Source: the human T2T-CHM13v2.0 reference genome, Homo sapiens. From it: a DNA stretch of 64,000 nt. This document shows, one piece after another, positions 26,153-42,028 of the stretch; the first letter of the stretch is position 1; every line of letters starts with the position of its first letter. The position numbers and the translations under genes were made by a program. The notes beneath the pieces are model-generated. The model had not been told where the DNA came from. It saw only the letters and a program-made list of their open reading frames with translations, and searched no databases. The stretch lies in NCBI RefSeq assembly GCF_009914755.1, contig NC_060935.1; one strand, 5' to 3'.

Positions 26153-27328
26153 GTAAGCCCCTAGCCTGCAGACCAAGGGCTGTCCTGAACACAGGGTGCC
26201 ATACAGCTAATCAGCAGTAGAGACGGGATTCCAATGCAGGCCACCTGGCTCTGATGGCCATGCCCTTAGCCATGAGGACTTTGAAGTGTTGGGTGCTGAT
26301 ATTGGTCAGGAGGGGTAGTAGTAGGAGTCGGGGAATTGAGCCTATGGGATGAACCAAGCTCTGTGATAAGTGAGGAAAGAAAATCTGCAGTCTCTGGGTT
26401 TGCAGCACCCACTAGTCTATCAGGGAAGACTATTGCAGCAAAGACTAGTGGGGGAATGTGATGAGGATGCGCAGGTGCTCTAGGGAGTCATAGCGGACCC
26501 CAGGGAGGAGGTAACTCTTGCACTGCTAACTGATAGGAATTATCTAGCAAAATAGAGGAGGAAGAGAATTTTTATCAGAAACAATAGCCTACGTGAAGTT
26601 CAGAAGCAAGATTGTGTAGTTTTTTTGAAGAACAGAAAGAAAAACATTAATATGACTGCAGCATAGACCTGTCAGAAGAGTGGAAAACACTGGTTGCACT
26701 TGGCCCTCGTCTGTGTTGTTTTGGGTGTATTTGGGACCATTTAGAGGATTCTAAAGAATTACCTATTGTAGGTGTGTGTGTGCATGTTAATGGATCCCCC
26801 AGGAGCACATGGGCCCTTGGCAGTGGACTTGAGGGGCCAAAGCTCACACAGATCCTTTGCGTTCCTAGGCCAGGTGTCCTGCCTTGTACTTTTAGGTAGA
26901 GACAAAGCAACAGGGAGGCAGCAGGAACATTTCCATGCACAGGTGTGGCTGGGGAGGGGCTGGGTCCTGTGGGCAATGTGAAGGAATTTGCTCTTCACCT
27001 TGAGAATGGAGAGCCACCAGAGAGTGTTTGGGAGGGGAAGTTCAGATTTGCATTTAAAAATGATCCTTGGAGCTGCTGGATGGAAGATGGGTTAGAAAAA
27101 TGGAAGCCACGAGACCAGCCCAGAGACTGTTTTGGTAGCCAGTGGCTTGGACCAAGGGAGTAGCAGTGGAGATGGAAGAGATGTGCATGATTTGGGAAAA
27201 ATTTCAGAAATAGCATTGGCAGGACATAGGAATGGATTGGGTATGGAGATGCAGCAGGATAAGAAAATAAAGCAACGCACAGATCATAAATGCTGGTCTA
27301 CTCCCTCCTCTCCTGCCCTTAACCACAC

Positions 27329-27640
27329 TTTTTATTTTTTTTTTTTTTATTTTTGAGACAGGGTCTCATTCTGTCATCCAGGCTGGAGTGCAGTGGCGCA
27401 ATCTCGGCTCACTGTAACCTCTGCCTCCTAGTCTCAAGCGATCCTCCCACCTCAGCCTCCTGAGTAGCTGGGACTACAGGCGTGCACCACCACACCCAGC
27501 TAATTTTTTGTATTTTTTTTTGGTAGAGACGATTTTCACCATGTTACCCAGGCTGGTCTTGAACTCATGAGCTCAAGCAATCTGCGGGTCTTTGCCTCTC
27601 ACAGTGCTGGAATTACAGGCGTGAGCCACCACTCCTGGCC
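27329..27640 (-). mobile_element. Alu (AluJb/Sz-like)
   Basis: Reverse Alu; TSD acacttttta. Confidence 0.95.
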
Positions 27641-28076
27641 TACACTTTTTAAAGCATGTCACATTCCTTGCAGAATCCTTAGAAAACCCCTATGAGGAAG
27701 AATCCCCATGTGACAGATGAGGAAACTGAGGGTCAGAGAGGCAGGAATGGCTTGCCCAGAGCAGAGCAAAAGCAAAGATGTTTACTTGATCCCCTGACTC
27801 TCATAGACCCTCCTAGCAGAATGCAGTGGGTTCAACCAGTCTTGATCCCATCTGCAGCTTAGCACCTGGTGGCCTCGGGTGGGTCCCTTCACATGCCCCT
27901 GGGCCTCAGTCTTTTCATCTGTAATAGGGGACAACCAGAGATGCAGCACATAAAGCATTTGGCACAGTTCCTTCCACATGGCGGGCCCACAGCCCAGCGT
28001 CACCACCTTCAGCATCATGGTGGATGCCCAGGGGAAGGGTGTTGACTAACCAGAAGCCTCTGCCCTGTCCCTGCAG

Positions 28077-28231
28077 TGGGAGAGCCCATCACCATCCCCA
28101 AGCTGGAGCACCCAACCCAGCAAGACATCGACCTGTACCACACCATGTACATGGAGGCCCTGGTGAAGCTCTTCGACAAGCACAAGACCAAGTTCGGCCT
28201 CCCGGAGACTGAGGTCCTGGAGGTGAACTGA
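28077..28231 (+). CDS. DGAT2: DGAT2 exon 8, coding part (155 nt to TGA)
   Basis: branch-point-like tgactaac 28043-28050; ctgcag|TGGGAGAG; GEPITIPKLEHPTQQDIDLYHTMYMEALVKLFDKHKTKFGLPETEVLEVN*. Confidence 0.98.
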
Positions 28232-29257
28232 GCCAGCCTTCGGGGCCAATTCCCTGGAGGAACCAGCTGCAAATCACTTTTTTGCTCTGTAAATTTGGAA
28301 GTGTCATGGGTGTCTGTGGGTTATTTAAAAGAAATTATAACAATTTTGCTAAACCATTACAATGTTAGGTCTTTTTTAAGAAGGAAAAAGTCAGTATTTC
28401 AAGTTCTTTCACTTCCAGCTTGCCCTGTTCTAGGTGGTGGCTAAATCTGGGCCTAATCTGGGTGGCTCAGCTAACCTCTCTTCTTCCCTTCCTGAAGTGA
28501 CAAAGGAAACTCAGTCTTCTTGGGGAAGAAGGATTGCCATTAGTGACTTGGACCAGTTAGATGATTCACTTTTTGCCCCTAGGGATGAGAGGCGAAAGCC
28601 ACTTCTCATACAAGCCCCTTTATTGCCACTACCCCACGCTCGTCTAGTCCTGAAACTGCAGGACCAGTTTCTCTGCCAAGGGGAGGAGTTGGAGAGCACA
28701 GTTGCCCCGTTGTGTGAGGGCAGTAGTAGGCATCTGGAATGCTCCAGTTTGATCTCCCTTCTGCCACCCCTACCTCACCCCTAGTCACTCATATCGGAGC
28801 CTGGACTGGCCTCCAGGATGAGGATGGGGGTGGCAATGACACCCTGCAGGGGAAAGGACTGCCCCCCATGCACCATTGCAGGGAGGATGCCGCCACCATG
28901 AGCTAGGTGGAGTAACTGGTTTTTCTTGGGTGGCTGATGACATGGATGCAGCACAGACTCAGCCTTGGCCTGGAGCACATGCTTACTGGTGGCCTCAGTT
29001 TACCTTCCCCAGATCCTAGATTCTGGATGTGAGGAAGAGATCCCTCTTCAGAAGGGGCCTGGCCTTCTGAGCAGCAGATTAGTTCCAAAGCAGGTGGCCC
29101 CCGAACCCAAGCCTCACTTTTCTGTGCCTTCCTGAGGGGGTTGGGCCGGGGAGGAAACCCAACCCTCTCCTGTGTGTTCTGTTATCTCTTGATGAGATCA
29201 TTGCACCATGTCAGACTTTTGTATATGCCTTGAAAATAAATGAAAGTGAGAATCCTC
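28232..29257 (+). other. DGAT2: DGAT2 3' UTR (about 1.0 kb; end approximate)
   Basis: Runs from the stop codon to shortly after AATAAA at 29235. Confidence 0.85.
29235..29240 (+). terminator. DGAT2: DGAT2 polyadenylation signal AATAAA
   Basis: Canonical hexamer with an upstream TGTA (CFIm-type) at 29220-29223 and GT-rich sequence downstream. Confidence 0.88.
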
Positions 29258-29382
29258 TATGAGTTATTGCTGGGGCTGCATCTGCATCTGCTGCTGACAC
29301 CTGGGGAAGACTGGGTCCCCAGCTGGCTGCCCTCTGAGCCCTCTAGCCCCTTGCACCTTTGGCCCACATGACCCTGCCATGG

Positions 29383-29899
29383 TGTGTAAGTTACCTGTCA
29401 CTGTGTAACAAACTACTTCAGAGCTCAGTGGCTTCCAACAGCATCTGTTGTCTCCCAGTTCCAAGTCACGATTTGAGGCTTGGCTTGGTCCTCCACTCAG
29501 GGTTTCTCACAGGGCTGCAGTTGTCTTGGAGCCGGGCTGAGGAAGGATCCACTCCCAAGGCCGTTCCTGCAGTTGTTCGCAGGATTGACTTCCTCACTGG
29601 CTGTTGACAGAGGCCACTTTCAGTTCCTTGCCACATGGGCCTTTCCATGGGGTAGCTCACGGCACACCAGCTTACTTAGCAAGAAGAGCCAGTGAGTGGA
29701 GTGAAGTGTGCGAGCAAGACGGAAGTCCCAGGCCCTTATAACCTAACCTGGGAAGTGATATCCTGTCACTTTTGCCATATTCTGTTCATTAAATGAACAT
29801 TGCTCGGTCCAGCTCCCACTGGACGGGAGGGGATTACACCAGGGAATGGATGCCAGGGGGCAGGGGTCATTGGGAGCCACTTGACATGATGCCTACCAT
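29383..29899 (-). mobile_element. MLT1 (MaLR) solo LTR, MLT1F/G-like
   Basis: ctgtgtaacaaactac...cagtggctt...ctcactggctgttg...gtcacttttgccatattctgtt...tcattgggagcca...tgcctacca, typical reverse MLT1. Confidence 0.75.
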
Positions 29900-31264
29900 G
29901 TGGTAAAGGGCTCCTGTCCAGCTGGGGGGCCCTTGGGTGGCTGAGCTGGAAGGCTCCTTATGGGTCACTCAAGCTGTGTTCCCTGCCCCTGGCCTCAGCT
30001 CTACCAAAAAGGCAGAGGCCTGGCCTGCTGTCACCCTAGCGATTACAAGATGCCACCTCTTTTCTAATTCCTTTCTGTTCAGTGAGTACTAAGCACCTGG
30101 GAACCCTTCCTAGCCGAGACCAAAGGACCTTGTTCTAACTTCCTTACTGCCAGAACTGTCCTGCCTGTCCTTGCTGTTCATCCCCCTCAGGGCCAACTCC
30201 TCTGTGCCAGAAACTGTGAGAGAGCTACTTGGGAGCAGAGACAAACATTGGGAACAGCTGAAGATACGCAGGGTGGCCAGAGCTGTGCCAGAAGCCCCAG
30301 CCTGCCCGGGGGTGCGTCACTGAGGAAAGAACGCCTGAGCTGGGCCTTGAAGGGCGGCTGAGAGTCGCCAGGAAAGGAAGGCAGTGAAGGGCAGAGCAGT
30401 AGGGGAAGGATAGGGAGGCCTGATTGGAAAAACATTGCCGGTTTGAAAGATGGAGGAGGCAGAGACAGCAGTGGGGCTTAGCTTGGAAGGGTGGGGAGCT
30501 GGTGTCTCCAGAGTTTCTATGTGGGCAGAAAGGCAGAGCAGTGGGAGGAGTGCTGGGAGGGGACAACAGAGGCTGGCTTCTAGCGCCAGGCAGGCCTCAG
30601 GCTAGAGTGCTCAGGTCAGAGGATAGCCATTTCCTTTCGGATGGGGTAAAGGCCTTTTTTCTGGTGAGGGTCTCAGCATCACCCCAGCCCCAGCCTGAGG
30701 CTGACCCAAGGCTGGACTGCAACCTCAGTCTCTGGCTTCAAGTCAAGCCCTGGCCCTAACGAAGCTACTCCACCAAGGTAGGCTGTTATTCTCAAGCACT
30801 GCTTTTTGTGAAGAGTGAGCACCTTCTGTGTACTGGGGAACTCCGCCATCTGCCTAAGAAGAACAGGGACAATAACTGGGTCCCAAATCTCAGACAGATG
30901 CCCTCAGTGGCCTGATCAGAGCTGAGACCACCCTGGTCTTAAGCTGTGCATAGGGCAGGGGGGACTCTGATAGGTTCTGTGAACATTGCCTTGGGATGGG
31001 AGTTGTTACCTTGGGAGAAGGAACTGGAACCGCCTTTCCCCCGAAGACCACCTGCCCCTGGGTGTAGTGGTGAGGGCAGCACTTTGAGACTGAAGATGGT
31101 CAGTTCCATGATTCTGTCTGTGGTTCCCAGATACAGCCACAAGGGGGCACTGAAGATGGCTCTCAGGCATAGGCCACACTGCGACTTAGGCTTGCTTTCC
31201 ACATTTTCACATCTCTCCAGCTCCTTACCCAGGCTAAAAGCTAGGGTGTTTCACAGATAAAGAT

Positions 31265-31990
31265 ATTTATTAGGTCAAATTGGCTTATCACGTTGTTCAA
31301 ATATCCTCTTTCTTTGTTGGTCTTCTGCCTAATTGTTCTATCCATTATTCAGAGCAGGGTATTGAATTCTCCAACTGTTGTTATTGATTGATGTCTCCCT
31401 CCAGTTCTGTCAGTTCTTGCTTCATGTGTTTTGGGACTCTGCCGTTACCTGCATGCGTGTTTATAACATGTTTATGTTATGTCTTCCTGATGAATCCACG
31501 CTTTATCATTATAAAATGCTGCTCTTTGTAGTAACAGTTTCTGTCTCTAAGTTTACTGTGTATAACCTACATTGGTACAGCGACCCCAACACTCTTTTGT
31601 TCCTATTTGCATGACATGTCTTTTCTATCCTTTCCCTTTCAACTTATTTGTGTCTTTGAATATAAAGTGCGTTGTAGACATAATAGTGTTGGATATTTTT
31701 TATATCCACATTTCTACTCTTTGCCATATGATTGTTTAGTCTCTTTACATTTAATATAATTATAAGGTGGGATTTACATCTGTCATTTTGCTATTTGTTT
31801 TCTGTGTGTCTTATTTTTTTATTCCTCACTCTTTCCATTACTGCCTTCTTGTGTGTTAGACAACTGTTTTCTAATATACTATTTTAATTATCTTCTTGTT
31901 TCTGTATATTTTTGAGTTATTTTCTTAGTGGTTGGTTGACACTTTAGTCCAGATTAATACAAATTAAGATTAACATCTTAATTTCTCCAT
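31265..31990 (-). mobile_element. Old L1M fragment
   Basis: T-rich L1 antisense signature (gttctatccattatt...gtattgaattctccaact...tttacatttaatataatta). Confidence 0.75.
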
Positions 31991-32042
31991 CATTTGGACA
32001 GGGTAGCTTGAGAGAAAAGAGGGGCAGGCCATATAAGAATGG

Positions 32043-33070
32043 TGTAGTGGGTTGAATAGTGGCCCACACAATATGTCCACATCCTAATTCCTTGAACCTG
32101 TGAATGTAGTCTTATTTGGAAAAAAGGGCCTTTGCAGATAAAATTAAGTTAAAGATTTCAAGATGAGGTAATACTGAATATCTAGGTGGGACCCAAATTC
32201 AATGATAGGTGTTCTTAGAAGAACAGGCCAGGCGCAGTGGCTCATCGCTACAATCCCAACGCTTTGGGAGGCCGAGGCAGGAGAATTGCTCAATCCCAGG
32301 AGTTCGAGACCAGCCTGGGCAATGTAGTGAGACCAGCCTGGCCAACATGACAAAGCCCCGTCTCTACTAAAAATACAAAAATTAGCCAGGTGTGGTGGTG
32401 CACACCTGTAGTCCCAGCTACTTGGGAGGCTGAGGCACAAGAATTGTTTGAATCCAGCTGGGCGCAGTGGCTTACGCCTGTAATCCCAGCACTTTGGGAG
32501 GCTGAGGTGGGCAGATCACCTAAGGTCGAGAGTTCCAGACCAGCCTGACCAACATGGAGAAACCCCGTCTCTACTAAAAAATACAAAATTAGCTGGGGTG
32601 GTGGTGCATGCCTGTAATCCCAGCTACTCGGGAGGCTGAGGCAGGAGAATCGCTTGAACCCGCTTGAACCTTGGAGGTTGCAGTGAGCCAAGATCACGCC
32701 ATTGCACGCCAGCCTGGGCAACGAGAGCGAAAGTCCGTCTAAAAAAGAAAAAAAAAAAGAATGTTTGAACCCGGGAGGTGGAGGTTGCAGTGAGTGGAGA
32801 TTATGCCACTGCACTCCAGCCCGGGCAACAGAGCAATACTCTGTCTCAAAAAAAAAAAAAAAAAAAAAAAATAGAGGCAGAGATTGGGAGTTGTGTAGGC
32901 ATAAGGCAAGGAACACCTGGAGCCACCAGAATCTGGAAGGGGCATTGAAGGATTCTCTCCTCGAGCCTTCTAAGAGAGCACAGCCTTTGATTTTGGACTT
33001 CTGGACTCCAGAACTGTGAGAGAATAAATTTCTGTTTTAAGCCACCCAGTTTGTGTCTTAAACTAATACA
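32043..33070 (+). mobile_element. MLT1B/C-like solo LTR interrupted by nested Alus (32226-32871)
   Basis: tgtagtgggttgaatagtggccc...cttatttggaaaaaagggcctttgcagat... [Alus] ...ttggacttctggactccagaactgtgagagaataaatttctg...aactaataca. Confidence 0.85.
32226..32871 (+). mobile_element. Nested Alus: outer chimeric FLAM/AluJ-AluS element with an inner AluSp-like copy at 32456-32758
   Basis: The inner Alu splits the outer right arm; TSD aagaa(t)tgtttgaa(t/c)cc. Confidence 0.88.
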
Positions 33071-34002
33071 GTGACTTTAATATATTTATACCACCTGATA
33101 GAGAAGTTGGACCAGAGGATGACAACCTCTAGTCTTCTCACAAATCAAATATTTCACTTTTGTTTCCATGGGGTGGACTGCAAGTTTGGAAGACACTCTT
33201 CCCTAGTACTTCTGAGAGGGTGGAATATTTTCCCATTTAAAGAGTTATAATGGGATTATGAGGAGGAGAAAAGTGGAGACTTCCCCGACCCCCTGCTTCC
33301 ACCACCATTTTTACAGCAAACGCATGCTTCATATATTTATTTCAAACTTCTTTTTCATATTCCTGTTTCCCTTCCTTGCAAACTCTTTTTCAAAATATTT
33401 TTTACCACTTTCCGTTTAGGGAGTTTTGTTTCATATATTTTCATCTAATTTTTTAAATCATACATACACATTTTATTTCTTATGTTTTTTATGTATCATT
33501 AAATCACACTAACATACATCTTAAAAAGTTTCTTCTCTGAAGTATCAAATGATTTTTGAGATTTATATTTACTTTTGATGAAAACTAATATGTCAAAGTA
33601 TTTTTCTTCTATTAAACATGAACAGTATATCTTTTCATTCAATGTATATGATATAAAAATATATTCCAAGAAAGTATGACTTCGCTATATAAATGTATTG
33701 AAAATATATGCAGTAACACTATTTCATTAGAGGCAGTAAAATGTAGGATTAACAACACTGGAGTTAGACTGCTTTAGAATCCCAGCTCGAAACTCAGAAC
33801 ATGTGACTGCCTTCACTTTCTAATCTCATAGCACTGTTGTGTCGATACACAAAAACTGCTTGTAACAATGCCTGGCACAATCCAAGCACTCAATAAATTA
33901 TTGTTTTTTAAAATCTAAGCTTTAGGGAGTTGAGCCTGATCTCTCTCTCCTGCTACAGAACTCCACTGTGGTAGCCCCTCTTGAATAAAGTCTGCCCTAC
34001 TG

Positions 34003-34307
<305 letters not shown>

Positions 34308-34480
34308 CCTACTGTTCTTAAATAAACAAATGAATCTAAGCTTTATGAGCAAAATATTAGGATAAAAGTAAAATAAATAATTTTCATTTTGTTTCCGTGA
34401 AATAGATTACAATGAACATTACACGATTTTTAAATATTTTTTTAGAAACAATCTCATAAAAATTTTCAAGTACAATATAA

Positions 34481-35150
<670 letters not shown>

Positions 35151-35159
35151 AAGAATGTT

Positions 35160-36340
<1,181 letters not shown>

Positions 36341-36430
36341 AACTAGTCCTAAATAGTGTATTCTAATGAATGCAGAAGCTATGATGTGGGTGACAAAGTC
36401 CTGCCCTGAGGACCTGGGTTCACACCATCA

Positions 36431-36817
<387 letters not shown>

Positions 36818-37491
36818 TCACAGGATCCTGTGGGGATTGACCAGAGTAATAATGTATGTAAAACACTTAGCAAATGTTAGTTCCCTCTAGGTCCTAGGGA
36901 AACCTGCAGACTCATAGAGGGGAATTGATTTGTCTAAAATCATGCAATGAATAAGCTAAAGGTTCAGACTGGTCTCCAGATGCTTACCCCTGGCATGGAG
37001 TCTTTCAGCAACACTGCTTTGCATCCAGGGTGTACCTTCTCAGAAACTCTGTGATGCTATGCCTGCCTGGGGAGTGGCTCACCAGTCAAAGAATCAGCCT
37101 AACAGGGAAATCAGACGTCCCTTGAGTGCCTTTATTACCAGGAACTCAGCACATTTTTGTCCTAACTGTCCTCAAACTCAATGAAGAAATGTCACAATTT
37201 ATCATCACCATTTTCACTGCTTTGCCCACCCCCGAATCTACTCAACACAGCAGCCAGAGTGACATTTCTGAAGCATAAATGAGAGCATGTAACTCCCCTG
37301 CTTAAACCCCTTAATAGTTGTCCATGAGCCTCAAAGAAATCCAAACTCCACTGTGGCCTACAATGCCTGGCAGGACCTGGCCCTGCCAGCATCTCCAGCC
37401 TCATTCTATGCCGTCAGGGCTGGATTAGGACTTCAGAAGCTCTAAGCACCAAAGGATAGTGCTGCTTCTACTATATAAAATTACAAATAAG

Positions 37492-37790
37492 GGCCAGGTG
37501 CAGTGATGCACACCTGTAATCTCAGCATTTGGGAAGGCCAAGGCAGACAGATCACTTGAGCCCAGGAGTTCGAGACCAACCTGGGTAACATAGCAAAAGC
37601 CATCTCTACAAACAATACAAAAATTAGCCAGGTGTGGCAATGCGCTGTAGTCTCAGCTATTTGGGAGGATCGACTGAGCCTGGGAGGAGGTTGAGGCTGC
37701 AGTGAATCATGATCACACCACTGTACTCAAGACTGGGTGACAGAGCAAGACCCTGTCTCAAAAATAAATAAATAAATAAGTAAATAAAAT
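37492..37790 (+). mobile_element. Alu (AluJ-like) within L2 fragments (about 37235-38140)
   Basis: Alu consensus with a (TAAA)n tail. Confidence 0.9.
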
Positions 37791-39850
37791 TACCAGTAAG
37801 AACAACACTAAACTGTTAAAGAAACTGAAGGTGGTCTTTGGTTTGGTTTTGGTTTTGAAATACCAATTTCTTTCGAAAGTGTTCTCCTCTTCCTCCTTGG
37901 CACCAGCTGGCCTTCTCTTTGAGTTGCTGCAATGCTCCATATAGTCCTTCATGGGCTGTTCCTCCTGTTCCTTTATCCAACAGCTTCCCCTGCCCTCACT
38001 AGCCTCCTTTGTCCAGTTAACTCCTACTCATCTTTCAGACCTCACTGCAAACATCAGTTCCCAAGGAAAGTTTTCTCTGGACAACTCTCGGTATATCAGC
38101 TCCCTGGGTTAGATGTGCTTATTTCCCATACGTGTTACCCTCACTGGCCTGCACATTCACAAGCTCCTGTGTTCACACTGGCACCTTTACAGTCAGTGGC
38201 AGTGGGAAAACCACTGGAACTGAGGAAAGAGCATTGGTCTTGGGGACAAAAGGCCCAACTCTTTGTCTTAGCTTTGCTACAAACTTTGTGTGACCTTAGC
38301 AAGCTCATTTCCCCTCTCTGGGGGCTGTGTCTAGTCGGGAGGAATGGAGGCCCCCATGTGATCCAAACATTCACTTACTCAAGTATTTGTCCATTCATTC
38401 ATTGACTTCATTCATTCAGCCATTTGCTCAATGACGCTATGGAGCCTGTCTTCTGTGTTGGGATGCTGGGGACTCAGAGAAATCAAAAGCAGAGGTTCAC
38501 AGCAGAGTGGGAGGGACAAATGTAGACTGCTCAATATATGACTAGGCACACAGTTACACATACTGAAGAGAGGTCAGACAGCTGCTGTAGGAGCCCAGAG
38601 GAAGTAGCAGTTCGTTCAGACCTGGGAAGCCTTTTTTGAGAAAATGACCTTGCCGAGTTGGGAAAGGAGAAGGGAAAATGCTGTCTAGGCACCTGCCTTT
38701 CAGGGTTCTTGGGTATGTGCAGTTTCTTTGGGGAATGGCCTTTTTCTTTTACAATTCTCACCTGCTTTCTGCAAGCGTCTCACTCTTCTAGTCCTGCCCC
38801 TTCAAAGCTACCCCTCCCCCAAGGCTGCCTGAGCCATCTTTCTAAGTGCTTTCTGTTGCCCACGATGAAACTCATGTTCTTCGGCCTGGTAGTCAGGTTC
38901 TTCTCACCCGGCCCTAGCTTCCTCTTCCAATCTTTTTGCCTGTTGCTCTCCCATGCAGCCTTTGTTTCAGCCATGTTAGACTCTGCTGCTGTCACTTCCT
39001 CTACCCCTGTGCCTTTGCTCATGCTGTTCCTCCTGCATAGAATACTCTCCTCTCCTAGGAAGCCTTCCTGGACAACACGTGACAGTTAGCACCTTTCTCT
39101 TAGTGCTTCCACTGTACTTTATACATCATCTCGATTATTGTACTTACCACTTTGTACCAAATGAGCTGCGATCTCCTTTCAGTTAGGGATTCTATGTGCA
39201 TCATTTTCTGAAACGTAGTGCCCAGGCTGGACACCTGGCAAAGGTCTGATGGGTGTTTGACTAGACAGGTAAGTGAATGGAAGAAAGAGGGCTCTGTTGA
39301 AAGGAAGGGGATAGATTTAACTCAATACAGTTTGAGACACTGAAAGACCCATCTGCCCTATCTTGCTCTTGTTTACCCAATGCATCAGGCCCATGAGGTG
39401 GGAGGAGGAAGTGGAGGCAAATGGATTGGGGTAGGCTTAGCTTTTTGGCCCTGGAAACTGAATGTTTGATTTAAATACCCAACATGGTACTAATTAGCTG
39501 TTAAAACACTAGCTATTCCCGAGCCAAACAGATCTAAACACCTATTGTTCATCTACTAAACTCCCAATCATCCTTTATAACTTTGGTGAAGCCTGCTCTG
39601 ACCTTGCCCACCAGCTCCTGAAGAGTTGGTCACTCTTACCACTTGACCTTGGACCCCTTCTATCATTGCATATACATTGCATTTGGCCACCTTATAATCT
39701 ATGTTCTCTAAACTTGGATATATGTTTCTCTGGGGGATATATAGCACTATGTAAATATTATAATAATTTAATTCTGTGATTTAAAATATTTTTATGTTGA
39801 AACAATCAGCCATATTATGAAATAGGATCCCAATAATAAAAGAGTTTTTA

Positions 39851-40153
<303 letters not shown>

Positions 40154-40630
40154 GTTTTTAGAATGAAATAGGACATATGAAAATAATGACAGCTAGTATT
40201 TATTAAAAATGTACTATCTCCCAGACAGTGTGTTAAATGCTTTACATCATCTTGAATACTTTGCAAGCAGCAGGCTTTTGAGTTCTTCCCAATGCCCCTA
40301 GGGATGAGAGTCCTAGTTCTCCTAATGTTTTCGGCATTTGGGAAAAGTGGGAGAAGGGTTGTTTACTTGAGCTCTGCATTTCCAGAACCCAGTAGCTAGC
40401 CTGTGCAAAGGTGAACCTCAGTAAAGGCTTGTGGAAAGAATAGATCCTGCTCTCTGCTGGAATGTCCTTTCCTCCCTCTCTCCTGACTTGGTGAACTCTT
40501 ATTGGCCCTTCAATACCCTGTTTCAATGTCACCTCCACTGTGAAATCTGACTCTCAACTATTTTCTCTGGCTCCCACTGCCTTTGGGCTTCCCTCAGACC
40601 CAGCAGTGAGTAACTGGATGATCACTCTTC

Positions 40631-40860
40631 GTTTGTTTTTGATATGGGGTCTCAGTCTGTTGCCCAAGCTGGAGTACAGTGGCATGATCTTGACTCACTG
40701 CAGCCTCAACCTCCCCAGGCTCAGGTAATCCTCCCACCTCAGCCTCCTCAGTAGCTGGGACTATAGGTGAAAACGACATGCTGGGCTAATTTTTGTATTT
40801 TTGTAGAGACAAGGTTTTGCCATGTTGCCCAGGCTGGTCCCAAATTCTTGGGCTCAAGCA
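40631..40860 (-). mobile_element. Partial Alu (AluJ-like), followed by a short MLT 3' end (to about 40904)
   Basis: Reverse Alu; then gtgttatggcagcctcagaaaactaataca. Confidence 0.8.
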
Positions 40861-41739
40861 AGAATTGTGATAATGTGTTATGGCAGCCTCAGAAAACTAA
40901 TACAGCTTAGAAACAGAAATGTGTTTTCTGTGAAATTCCCCCAGATCTTGGCACCACATGAGTTCAATCAGATAATATTTGGGATTTCCCAGTGACTCCT
41001 TTCTCAACAAACACCTGATCAAGCGACTCCTTTCTCAACAAACACCTGACCACACGCCCCAGGCTCCAGCCATGAGGAACCACTCAGTGTGTCAGAACAG
41101 GAGACAGTGTGACATCTTTGTGATCCAGCTCTGAGAAAAGATCCAAGGTGTTTTTCAGGCTTCTGAACACCCTGGAAAGATAGTATGCTTACATTTTGTT
41201 TAAAAAATTTAAAATGCAACTACTATATGCCAGGTCCTGTGTGGGCACTTTACATATGTTGATTTACTTTAATCCCTACAGCAATCCTATTACTATTTTA
41301 AAGCTGAGAGAGGGGAAGTGACTTGCCTTGGGATACATAGCTCAAAGGTGGTAGAGCCAAGATTCCAAAGTGCCTGATTCCTATTGTGTCTGACTCTAAA
41401 ACACTATGTTCTTTCTGCTATGTTCATCCAGGTGGTGGAAAAATTCAGTCTAGGAGTAAAAAAAGGAAGATCAACATCCTGCAGAATGACTCATGCTATT
41501 CATTATAGAAGCAATTGCTGGAGATGCTATCATTGTGGATCACGGAAGTCTTCATGGAAGAGGTGGCATTTGAGCTGGGCCTTCACTGCAAAAAAAAAAA
41601 AAAAAAATTTCCTGATTCTCTGTCAGGCACTGGGGATCCAGAGATGAATCAGACAAAGTCCTTTTGCTTGAAGAATTCACAGTATTTTGTGTGTGTGTGG
41701 GAAGGAGGGTGGCTGCTTACATGTGTTAAAAGACAATGT

Positions 41740-42028
41740 GGCCAGGCCTGGTGGCTCATGCCTGTAATCCCAACACTTTGGGAGCCCGAGACTGGAGGAT
41801 CGCTTGAGCCTGGGAGTTTGAGACTAGTCTGGGAAATATGGCCAGAACCCCATCTTTACAAAAAAATTTTAAAATTAGCTGGGCCTGGTGGCATGTGCCT
41901 GTATTCCCAGCTACTTAGGAGGGTGAGGTGGGAGGATCACTTGAGCCCAGGAGGTCGAGGCTGCAATGAGCCGTGATTTTGCCACTGCACTCCAGCCCGG
42001 GCGAAAGAATGAGGCACTGTTAAAAAAA
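41740..42028 (+). mobile_element. Alu (AluJ-like) upstream of the UVRAG CpG island
   Basis: Alu consensus. Confidence 0.92.

Noticed and set aside
32290-32916. 208-aa ORF, and the many similar ORFs reading LECSG/SWDYR/PPRPANF
   Set aside because: Translations of Alu sequence; no independent coding evidence.
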